Source: Mobula hypostoma
Lineage: Eukaryota
Reading direction: 5' to 3'
Length of the DNA stretch: 64,000 bases
Assembly (NCBI RefSeq): GCF_963921235.1
Contig: NC_086097.1
Location: forward strand, 221,466,001 to 221,530,000
Part shown: positions 52,853 through 64,000 of the stretch, piece after piece
Numbering within the stretch: position 1 is the stretch's first letter
Layout of the letters: the number at the start of each line of letters is the position of its first letter
Position numbers and translations under genes: made by a program
Notes under the pieces: model-generated
Told to the model about the DNA's origin: nothing
Seen by the model: the letters and a program-made list of their open reading frames with translations, nothing else
Databases searched by the model: none

Positions 52853-53736
52853 TGTTACGTACCCCGTAACTGGGTTGCCAAACCAGCAGAAATGGATCAC
52901 TCAGTTGGAGTTTGGATTACTAGAACTAAGAAAGTTTTATTAAAGAAAGAAGCAACACAGTAATCGAAAGGATAATAAATGTAACAGTTCGGCAATGATA
53001 AACACACATGTGCACAGAATTAAGATAACAGGATCAATCAAGCTCTATCATTGTCTAGGGGTAAACGACCAATTTCAAAGTGACGCAAAGTTCAGTCCAA
53101 TTTAGTTCAGTTCGCAGTAATCGTTGCCGTGGCGATGGACAATGTGGGGGAAGGAGAGAGAGAACAAGAACGAATGATCATTCAAAACGGCTTCCACGCA
53201 CAGACCTGCGATATTGCTCACAAGCAGCTTTCGGGCGAGTCCTTTGTGATGTCACCTGAGGTCACCGACTGTGACCCCTCCTCCAGATGCGGTCGATCCT
53301 CTGCAGTGAACCTGGCACCCAAGCAAGGGTGGACACACACCGGGTTCCCGTTGATCGTACCTTTCCACCCTGTGCGTCTATGGCTTGGTTCTGCAACCAG
53401 CCTTCCAAACGACTCCCGCCGACTTGCAGGGGGGCACCGCTTCCAGGGTCTCATTACCTCGTGGTGTCGTGTGTGTCCTTGCCTTAGCGAACCTGTCCCT
53501 TTTTATCCCCCTGCTGGGGTATCGCCTGTCCATCACTTCAAATAGTTCAGGGTTCAAAGGGGGAGCCGATCTTGACAATACCCAGACTGATGGCTCCTTC
53601 ATTAACATCTCCAAATGCTGCTTCATTGTGTTCCTTATCTCTCCTTCTCCTGAGGACAGGTGGCAGACCAACTGCTGATGCCACTGGTGCTAGCCCAGGC
53701 CAGCTAACATCTTAATTTATGTTTATTCTCGTCACA
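52853..53736 (-). mobile_element. Solo LTR (884 bp, family A), inverted relative to 35424-36311
   Basis: Termini tgttacgta...ctcgtcaca; 4-bp TSD aaag (52849-52852 / 53737-53740); colinear reverse complement of the other copy over the full length. Confidence 0.92.
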
Positions 53737-54309
53737 AAAGAAGCAATTATTCTTTTTTAAATATATAAATATAATAGAATATCATAGCTATATAAACAAT
53801 ATTGAAAGGAGAGAAGTCTTTTTAAGGTGCTAATATCACTTCGAATTCAGGTGATTCTACTGCTTCCAGATATCATATTAATTTTGAGACTTCACTATAC
53901 TCCCAAGTATTAAGAAAAGTCAACATCACTTGAACTGCAATTCTAATGGCTGAGTCACCCCTGAAAGGCAATTGTTATTATCAAGCACCACAATAGAACA
54001 ATGATGCCTCACTCCTTACAATCAATGGATCAGATGACGTACCTTCAAAAGACAGTACAGAGCTATAAATGTTTGCACCAGCTATGCTCTTACCTTTAGC
54101 TCATTCTTAGCAGCACAAGGCCTGAACGATAGAAGAGCCCATAGCTAATTTTAGCTATTCCCTCTACACCTCAAGCCCTAATAACTTATATACCTAGCCT
54201 TCTGTCAGAGGACAGGAAATACCAACAATAAATTTAGATAACTCTTACTGTTTACAAGGAGGAAAATCCTACTTCGGTGTTGATTTAACTGTAGCTTTTT
54301 CCTAAAACC

Positions 54310-55135
54310 ATACCCAGACATGGTGCAAAACAACAACCTGTATCTCAAATTGAACAAGACAAAAAGAGATAATTGTGGACTTCAGGAAAGCACAGGTTGA
54401 CCAATCTCCATTGCACATCAATGGCTCTGCCGTGGAGAGCACTAAGTTCCTTTTGTGTGCATATAATGGTCAATCTAACCTGGACCAGTTCCTTACAGTG
54501 CGCATAATGGATAGTCGAAGTTGCAGTCACAACACCTCCTCACTAGTCAAGAAGGCACAGCAGTATCTCCACTTTCTGAGGAGACTGAGGCACGCAAGGC
54601 TCTCTGCCTCTATTCGAACAACCTTCTACAGGAGCACATAGTGAGAGCCCTGTCCGCATGTATCATTGTGTGGTATGGAAACTGCAAGGCATTGGATCTC
54701 AAGACTCTACAGAGGACAGTAAAAACCATCACGAGTATCACCAGGGTCTCTCCCCCTCATACTTGAGACATTTACCAGGAACATGGCAGGCAAAGGCCCC
54801 AAACCACTGCTGAGGATCTCTACCATCTCCCACAATTCCTTTGACCCAGGAGGTACAGAAGCATCAGGACTCGGACTGCCAGACTGGGTAACAACTTATC
54901 TCTCAGGCTGTGAGACCAGTGAATAGCCTGCCACACCAAGGTCCAATCACTAGCACAGCGAGTGGTTTACTGTTTACCTGGGCTGTGCTTTACTTCAACT
55001 TTATTATATTAAGTTAGTTATGCGATTATATTTTGGTTTATGTGCACTGTGTGTGATATATGTTGTGTGAGTGTACCATGGTCCGGAGGAAAGTTGTTTC
55101 ATTTGTTTGTATACAACAAACTTGAACTTGAACTT
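54310..55135 (+). mobile_element. Rex/Babar-like LINE 3' portion
   Basis: Peptides DFRKAQ...LHINGSAVE, LVKKAQQYLHFLRRLR and CIIVWYGNC; tail aacttgaacttgaactt. Confidence 0.85.
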
Positions 55136-55329
55136 AAGAACATTTCACAGTCCAATTATATAGGGACTGAAAATCTTTAATCAAATTAGCAACAAAATGT
55201 GTGTATCATTTTTTACAGGTTCATTTAAATCTCATTGATGAAACCTTAAACTTTCTAATGAACAATGCAACCTGACTGTGTATAACCACCTGAATGAGTC
55301 ATGTTGGCAGTAAATTTCCAAGGTTTAAT

Positions 55330-55575
55330 GTTAGTTGTCTATGTGGGCTGCACATTTTACCTTTGTCTGCAAGTGCTCTAGTTTCCTCTGACATCCCAAA
55401 GACATGAAAAATAATTGGATAATTGACCACTGTAAATTGTCCTGACTGTGTACTTGAGTGATAGAATTTGGGGAAAGTTATTGGGAATTAGGAGAGTTTA
55501 AAATAGGATTGGTGTAAATGGGTACTTAATCATCAGCACAGAGTTGATGGGCTGAAAGGCCTTTTTCTGTGGTGT
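55330..55575 (+). mobile_element. Degenerate V-SINE; another copy lies on minus at ~56315-56650
   Basis: V-domain remnant (gtgctctagtttcctctgacatcccaaagacatg...aattgaccactgtaaattgtcc) and tail tgggctgaaaggcct. Confidence 0.6.
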
Positions 55576-55954
55576 ATAATTCTTACAAATTTAGTATTTT
55601 AACACAGTTCAGCTGGCAGGCAGCACAACTTAGCTGCCGAGGTTCTGCTTATCTCACATATTACCAGTTTATCCTGTTTTCCTTAGGAGATGACAGGGAC
55701 ACCCACTAGTAACTGGAAGGGTACTTCATTGAAAATGCAGAGCAAGCTACAATGTCAACAATTAGGACTCATAGTTATTTTAACTGGATGACTACACTGC
55801 TAGCTTTTCCTTGCCAGGTAAGTATTATAGGAAGTAGGCCAAAAAGGCATTAGGTTTTATGGCAGGGTGACCATAATACACACAGCCATTTTGCTCTTTA
55901 TTGAATCCACTGAAAAGGATAATCAGGCAACTTGCAAAAAAAAAGTTAGATTCT

Positions 55955-56200
55955 GTTAGCAACACCCAAAGCACTGGAAGAACTCAGTGAGTCAGGCAGT
56001 ATCTCTGGGGTAAATGGACAGTTTATGTTTCGGGTCAAGACCTTTCATCTGGATAGGATAACCAGCCCAGGTAACTCATGAGCTAAACATGTCTGGACCA
56101 TTCATTAACCAGCTAGATGAAGGGGTTCCACCCAGAATTTCAACGGTTCATTTCCCTCCACAGATGCTGCCCGACCTGTTGAGATCCTTCACAGCACGTG
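55955..56200. repeat. Short inverted pair of decayed Penelope pLTR ends
   Basis: actggaagaactcagtgagtcaggcagtatct...tttcgggtcaagacctttcatctgg versus ctagatgaagggg...agatgctgcccgacctgttgagatccttc. Confidence 0.6.
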
Positions 56201-58981
56201 CATTGTTCCACAGCTTCACGTCTCCATTGGATCCCGTAGGCTTCCTTAAAGTTATTTTAATTAAAATATTGCCAGACAAGTACCTTATTTGATGATGGAT
56301 ATATCACATTTCCTTACGGTACAGGAAGAGGGCATTTGGACCACTAAGTCTATGCTGGCTCACCCATCATTCCCATTCCCCCACATATTTTGCTGCAACC
56401 TATTTTCTCTCACACACCCATGAATTGTATCACCCCCCCCCCACCACACCCAGAGAGTTTCCTGCTGCCACTAAGGGGTGATTTAATGGAGCCAATTAAC
56501 CTACCAGCACATCTTTGAAATATGGGAGGAACCCAGAGCACCTTAGGGAATCCCACAAGAACCAAGTAAAAACGTGCAAGCTCCACACAGAGAGCCCTGA
56601 GTCGGGACTGAACTGAGTCACGGGAGGCACGCAGCAGCGCACTAGATTTAATGGTGCTTCGGGAGCTGAGTGGAAGGAAAATAGCTGTCACTCAATGTGT
56701 TCTGTTCATAAGAGACAATGACAGATGGCATGAAGACACTGGATATCATTAACTTATGAAGCAGATTAGCTGCCTGTAGCCTTCCAACAGATGGGGCAGC
56801 TCGTCATTGGTTCTGCAAGCACAGCGCTCGGCATTCTCAGACAAGTTTTCTCATCACTGTTTAGAATGAAGCATCATCAAGGCAGAATTCAAACATTGCA
56901 AACTGGACAAGACAGTTTTCCTGCCCTTAAAACCATCAGCATTTTCATTCATTTCAATAGATGGAGAACAGGGTGTAGATGAATAATCCATTATGGACGC
57001 ACAATCCTCCTCAGCAGGGAGATGGTTTATGATCAAATGTCAAAAAGCCTTCTGAGTAAATAAGTTGTCTCTTCAAATAGACACAATCAATAACAGTATC
57101 CTGGGAATATTCTTCCCACAACCATCCCCATTTGGTCATAAATCTGACTTGCTCTTCCTGGTTTATTACTGTGTACACTGTTTATCCAGATACAAGTAAC
57201 TGTCCGTATCACCGGAATGAGAATAGGACTATTTCGATGAACATCACATGTTATATAATACTGCTCCCATGATACGAGTACCTTAACATACCTAGGAGTA
57301 TACAAACCAGCTGCAGCTGCATTATCAGAAGTCAGTCTACACCTGTTAATGTCAATGGGTAATGTGTATGTGTCATGAGTACCACAACTGTTTTTTCTTA
57401 TTTATATAGAGAAATTACAACGTATTCTTTGGAGGTTAGAAGGGCCATTAATGCTACCCTTAACATAGGCTAACATCCACCCTTTTGCACCTCTATCCTA
57501 ACTGGTCACCTATGCCCTAACCTTACCAGGAATGATTGAGTTCTGCTGGTTTGCCATGTCCCCCTCATTAAAATATGCATGCATTTACCTTGCAAAGTCA
57601 ATGTGAGGGTAGCGTATGACTCTTTTCACTACCCAGGACCCTTCCTAAATCAAAAAGCTGCTCTTATGTTTCAACAGCAATTTGATCTTCAGCCCTTGGT
57701 CCATGCTAAGTAAGATAATGCAAGGCCTTAGACAATTGCTTTTTCCATTGGCGTTTTCTGCTTGGTGAAACATTCGAAATGAAAAATCATACTTTTTTAG
57801 AAAAATTGTGAATTTGCCAAGTTATAATGGAATTTCCAATGAATAACAGTTACAATGTACAGCATATTTAACGATAATTAATTATAATTTTTAAACTCTG
57901 GGACTATTAGAATTTTATTATCCGAAACATAACTGTCTTGGCCCTGTTGTTTTGAACACCAGTTGCTCTCCAGCATAAATTAAAGCAGAATTGAACCATA
58001 TAATGCTTACGTTGGAATAGATATTTTCTTGGTCCAAAATATCACTAATTAACACATACATATACCTGCCCATACCAGCTGGCTGTTTAGCAGTTAAATG
58101 AAATCTGAGATGCCATCTAGATATATAATAACATACAGGATGAGTTAAGCAAAAGCAAAGGCTCCATAGAAAATAGCATTGTGACTTAGTTTTATTTTGC
58201 TCAAAAGATCCAAACATCATGAGATTTTAAAAGGTCTCCTGACACATTCTAAATTCATTACTGAAACATAAGTAACAGCTACAAAAAGTGATGCCTATTC
58301 CACTGGACTTCCTCTAGAATTGCCACAAATCTGGAATAGAATTGGGACATAGGATAATGCGGGGAGGGGCAGGGCAGGAAAAGATATAACCTGGGTCACA
58401 TCATAGGGTTCAATTGCTGGAGGTACTACTCATCAGCACAATTAACTGATTGCTGATAAAGAAATTCAAGCCAATTTGTTTTAAGTGGGTTAACTCTGGA
58501 TTAAAGAATATTTGGTGAAAATGTGCCGATGTACATCACAAGCTGGAAAAGGCGCCAAATGCATCACCTAGCTCATCTATCTCAACATCTGTTATACAGT
58601 TTTTGTGTACGATCAGACAGTGGGAGGCTTAAATCTGAATTGTTTTATTTACTTATAGTGTAATTTAATTACATTAATTTGACATTCATTCTCATTATTG
58701 TAGATAACTTCAATCACTACTGCTCTGAACTGATTATATTACCTACAGTCTCACTTTCAATGGTTCGTTACAACTCATGCTCTCAGTATTTTTTATTTGC
58801 ACAATTTGTCTTCTTCTTTTCACATTAGCCGTCAGTTTTTGTCTGTTTATGTACAGAAGTTACTCCACCCCTTTCTCCCATGGATTCTGGCTCTCCCTCC
58901 AAAAGTAAGGTCCACTCATGAACATTTCAGGTTGCATCATGCCATGAGAGATTTGATACCAGGCGAGCGCTAGCATTATAC

Positions 58982-60945
58982 TTCAAAGTTCAAAGTAAGT
59001 TTACAACCCTGTCGCCATGTACAACCTTGAGATTTGTTTTCTTGTGAGCATGCGCAGTCAGTTCAAGAGACATAATATTATCAATGAAAGATCACACCCA
59101 ACAGGTCAGACAAACAGACCAATGTGCGAAGGACAACAAGTTATTGAAGTACAAAAAAGAAAAATTACTAACAAAAAAAAAGCAATAGGTATCATAAACA
59201 TAAGGTGAAGAGTCCTTGAAAGTGAGTCCATAGGTTGTGGGAACAGTTCAGTGATGGGGTAAATGAAGTTGAGTGAAGTTATCCACTCTGGTTCAAGAGC
59301 CTGATGGTTGAGGGGTAATACTGTTCCTGAACCTGGTGCTGTGCCTCCTGAGACTCCTGTACATTCTTCCTGATGACAGCAGTGAGAAGACAACATGGTC
59401 TGAGTGATGGGCGTCCTTGGCGATGGATGCTGCTTTCCTGCGACAGCACTTCATGTAGATATGCCCAATAGAGGAGAAGGATTTACCCTTGATGGAATGG
59501 GCTGTATCCACTACTTTTGTAGGATTTTCCATTCAAGAGAATTGGTGTTTCCCCAGAAGGCTGTGATGCAACCAGTCAATAAAGTCTCCACCACACATCT
59601 AAAGAAGTTTGTATAAGATTTAGATATCAGGCCATATCTTCACAACAATTTTTAAGGAAGTAGAGGCACTGCCCTGGTTTCTTCATAACTGCACATGTGC
59701 TAGGCCTAAGACAGACCCTCTGAAATGATTACATGAGAAATTTATATTTGCTGACCCTCCCCACCTCTGATCCCCTGATGAGGACTGGCTCATGGACCTC
59801 CGGTTTCCTCCTGCTGAAGTCAATAATCAAATCCTTAATCTTGCTGACATTGAGTAAGAGTTTTTTGTTGTGGCACCACTCAGCCAGATTTTCAGTCTCC
59901 TTCCTATATGCTGATTTGTCACAGCCTTTGATACAGCCTCCTATATGCTGATTTGTCACTGCTTTTGATATGGCCAATGACAACAGTGTCTGAAATATTG
60001 AGGAGTGCTGGCAGCTCGGGTTGGCTATTTGGATGTTTGGTTGACTGCCGAGCTTAGCACAATGGCGTCATCAGCAACCTTAAATATGGCATTGGAGCTG
60101 TGCATAGCCTCTCAGTCATAAGTATAAAGAGAGTAGAGCAGGGGGCTAAGCACACAGCCTTGTGGTGCATCTGTGCTGATGGAGATTGTGGAGGAGATGT
60201 TGTTGCCAATCTGAAATGCAAGTGAGGAAATCGTGGATCCAATTGCACAAGGACTTGAAACTTATTGATTAGTTTTGAGGGTATTATACTGTTGACCGAT
60301 AGTTGACAAAGAGCATTCTGATGTATGCATCTTTGCTATCCAGATGTTTCAGGGTTGAGTGATGAGCCAATGAAATGGAAATTTGAGGTAAATTGGAGCA
60401 GATCCAAGTCACTTCTCAGACAGGAGTTAATATGTTTCATCACCTGGACAATAGCTATTGAGGGAGGTTACCACGTTCTTCTTAGGCACTAGTAGAATTG
60501 AAGCCTGTTTGAAGCAGATGGGTACCTCAGACTGCCAAAGCGAGAGGTTAGAGATCTCACTGAACACTCTAGCCAGTTCATCAGAACAGGTCTTTAGCAC
60601 TTGGACAGCTCCCCTTTCTACCCAGACACTTTTCATGGGTTTCTCCTCCTGAAGGATGCTCCCACGATGGCATCAGAGACTGATATCACAGGGTCATCAG
60701 GGACCTTGGGAGTTTGTGAAGCTTCCTCTATGTTTTGAGTCAAAGTATAGAAGGCATTGAGCTCATCTGGAAGCAAAGCCTTGTTGTCACCTAAATGGCT
60801 TGGTTTCACTCTGTGAGAGGTAATAGCATTCAAGCCCTGCCACAGCTGTTGAGCATCCTCTAGAGACACAAGTTTAGACCAAAATTGCCATTTCACACAT
60901 GAGGTGGCTTTCTGGAGATTGTTCTTATATTCCATTTCCAGGTCA
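58982..60945 (-). mobile_element. Rex/Babar-like LINE, decayed RT to 3' tail
   Basis: Peptides LPDELNAFY, LKTCSDELARVFSEI.NLSL.QSEVP.CFKQA and ENLAEWCHNKKLLLNVSKIKDLIIDF; tail ttcaaagttcaaagt. Confidence 0.9.
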
Positions 60946-63900
60946 GAAGCATAATGGATGATATTATTTCTCTATGAATTGCTCTTTTTAGGATTCCTAT
61001 TAGGGCAGGTTATCCTACTAGTTCCAAACCCTGAATGTTAACAAAGGACTACACTGCCTCTTCCCCTGCATCATAGTATAGTGCTAGGGTGCCTCACCCA
61101 CCCCTCCCTACACTGGCCACTGCAGATCTAGACTCAGCTATCCCTTTTCACAGCCACAGTAAAGGCACAATTGAATCTATGGCCACTGTCTATCCCAACT
61201 CTCCTTGCTTAGCCTCCAAGTAGTTAAGAAATTATGCAAACTAAGATTTGTAACACTGACTGAAATGGCTATTGACACCAAGCTGCACCACCAATCCCAT
61301 ACGTCCCATTTGGATCGCTGAAATTCCTATTTTTGTTAATTATTTGTTACCAGTGTACATTTGCTGCTTTTACAAAAGTATACATGCCATCCTTTGGAGT
61401 ATCTTCCAAAAATATCCATTTTATTACTTCCACAACAGGGGCTGAATGTTAGTTCATGCAAGCACCAGGGTTTGGGAGCAGGTGGGAGGCTAAATTCACA
61501 GGAAGTGTTAGTGCAATTGAAAGTGGTTGGCTTCTGTATTTAAACAGAAGCGTGTTAACTTACATTTGAGCGATCTCTTCAGAGAAGCAGAATACTAATT
61601 GCATTTGGATAATGATCTCTAAAAGACAATATTCACTGGAATTGTCCATGTCCCCACAGCTTCTCAAAATCCACAATGAAGGTCTGCTAAAAGCACAAAG
61701 GCATTGAGGAATGTTGGAGGAGTTACAGGCTGATCTATACAAGTAGCACTGTAACTCACAGCTTCTCTCCTCTGATCCCTATTCTGTTTGCTGAGGTGTT
61801 CCTGGCTAACAATCTCTGGATTATGAAACACACGAGCCCGCCATTGACTGCACTGTAACCATAAGGTGAGATACTGTTCAAGAGGGAGACAATGGAAGAG
61901 AAGCGGAAGCACTTTGATCAGAGGTCCCACTTCCATAAGCCACTCACCATCATCCGCCTCATAGCTTACATGTGCTTCCCTGCCTGCCAGTAGTCACTGA
62001 TCACTGTGCTGAAAAGCAAATTGGGCTAGCGTGGCCAAGACAATGTCATGTACCCTACTATATCCTATTCAAAATGATATACATGGTGTGCAAGTACCTG
62101 ATGAATTCCTGCATGTACATCAGTCTTTGACTGTACATGAAAGTGGGCTTTTTTTAAACTTTGAGAAAGAGACCACTGAAGCCTGTGAAATAATACAATG
62201 AAGTGGTGCGCCCTCACGCCCAGTTACTTCAACGTTCTCTAATAAATCACACACTCTTTCAAGCTATCTTTCTAGAATTATCCTGTTCATTGATGGCCAA
62301 CTCCAACGTGCAGTATCTCGGTACAACTGGGGAGAGCTTAGACAGTCTTACACCCTCCAGTATGGATCTCCACTACTAATCATCTCCATCACCTGCTTGT
62401 CTCACATGCTATGCGAATCATCCGATGAAAACTAAACGTCTTTTCTAACCACACGTGTGAAGTGAGTATGTGACGTGGTATATTACTGTCACAAGTTGTG
62501 TGATCATGCATTTCCTGAAGTAACTAATTGAGAGATTTTCATCTTCAACATGCTAAATGTCTCAATTACAGGGAAAAGACATTAAAAATGATTAGAACCA
62601 TGATGTTAAGGATTTTAGAGGCTATGGTTTTGCAGTTGATCATTTTTCACTTCAAGAACCTGAGTGGGTCACATGCAGTGTGACTGGATATCAGGTTTTG
62701 TCACCAATCACCCCCGCGCCCTATCATACATTCTAACATCCCAGAAATCTCCAAGTGCTTGTGTAAGAGCCGAATGAAAGTCCACTTCTGGTTCTCTGTT
62801 CCTTTTTGGTGGTCTGAGATCCTTCCTTTGGAAAGTAGGAAGCAATCTAAGAGCAAAACTAATTGCATATGCTGAACAGATGATGGACAACATGATGCCA
62901 ATGAAACAGACAACGATGTATAAACATTGCAAGCCAGGTAGAGGTGCAAGCAGCACATAAGCAGAAAGGAAAGGATGCATTTGAAAGCTGAGATGCTGCA
63001 TAAAGTGAGCTTGAGGGAAGGTTGAGGGGATTAGAGTATTGCACACATGAAGATGTGAGTTATTGTGTCGCCATCCCCATTTTTCTGTCTGCTGAGATTA
63101 TTAAACACTCAGGCCAAGAACATAAAAGCCCGCTAATGCTGCTCGTTACCATGGCTACCTCCATCTATATCTTTCTTGGCCATACCGTCAGCCTTCTTTT
63201 ACCCAGCAACGGGAAGCACAAGGTCTCTCTGAGTTCTTTCAGTTTCTGGGCAAAACACAGATAGGGAAAAACATAAAATCCAGGGCAGTTTGGCTCATTG
63301 GTGCCTTCTGCTGTCTCTCCCAGTTACTGGGTCGCCAACTCCCAAATCCACCAAGTGTCAGTTTTTTAATGTCCCTTTACAGTGTGGCATTGAAATGGAG
63401 ATACGTGCTGACAATACACATGCTTAGACTGAGTGGTCAAAAGAATTGAAAGTTCAGTGGCTGGGTTACAAATTAACAGAATACATGCCCCAGAAACCTC
63501 TAGCTTCCCCACGTGCTCCTGAAAAATCAGCCTTCAGCATGCTAGATTAAAATTCAGCTCCAAAGCACTCATACAAAGAATAATATCAGAGAGAAAATAT
63601 TTCCCAAGATAGATCAAAAATTTCAAATTAATTAAGTGTGAATTCAATTATTTTACTTCGTTTATGTGCAGTTGGCTGATCTCAACTAAGATTGGGAATA
63701 CTAAAGTTGGTCTTAAGCTTCATGATTTAGGAGGCTTTGAAAAAAAAGCCCTTCAATTAGAAAGAAAGCATGCTTTCAATCAAATATCACAGCAATTCCT
63801 GCTTATGTCTCCTTATGGATATTAATTGTGAGCAGAAAGAAGTATAACTTTGCAACTTTCTCATGTTCAAACAGTCTGTCAATATAGTTATTTAAACTCA

Positions 63901-64000
63901 CAAATAAAGAATAAGTTCTCCAGGGTGAAATATTAGAGAGTTGAAGGCAATTGGAAAGGTATGAACAGTATCAGTGAGAAAATAGAAATAATTAAATTGT

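Noticed and set aside
57589..57644. Possible 56-nt minus-strand exon (tttttgatttag ... CAAG|gtaaat)
   Set aside because: No EYA similarity and a stop in the expected phase-1 frame; a poison exon cannot be supported without RNA-seq.

Overview
Eukaryotic (vertebrate) genomic DNA, most likely a cartilaginous fish (batoid-like), inferred from the repeat landscape: CR1, Rex/Babar-like, Penelope/GIY-YIG, V-SINE/HE1-like. The window appears to lie inside one minus-strand gene, EYA1 (eyes absent 1). I found five consecutive in-frame coding exons with GT-AG sites: 52644-52562, 38863-38689, 26070-25928, 25457-25374 (HAD motif I WDLDET) and 6106-6017. The ORF track does not show them in their correct frame. 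The introns are full of decayed and often nested transposons, many with readable target-site duplications (TSDs). Most noteworthy: (1) a dispersed family of Penelope-borne minimal hammerhead ribozymes, several sense to the EYA1 pre-mRNA; (2) two inverted ~885-bp solo LTRs bracketing a frame-preserving 258-nt exon pair, which is a candidate for back-splicing or skipping with a stop-free circle; (3) a hAT MITE carrying a captured LINE fragment; (4) multi-level nested insertions; (5) a Thr->Met change in the conserved ADTH motif. No prokaryotic system or CRISPR is present. Repeat boundaries without a TSD are approximate, and family names are from recognition, not database search.
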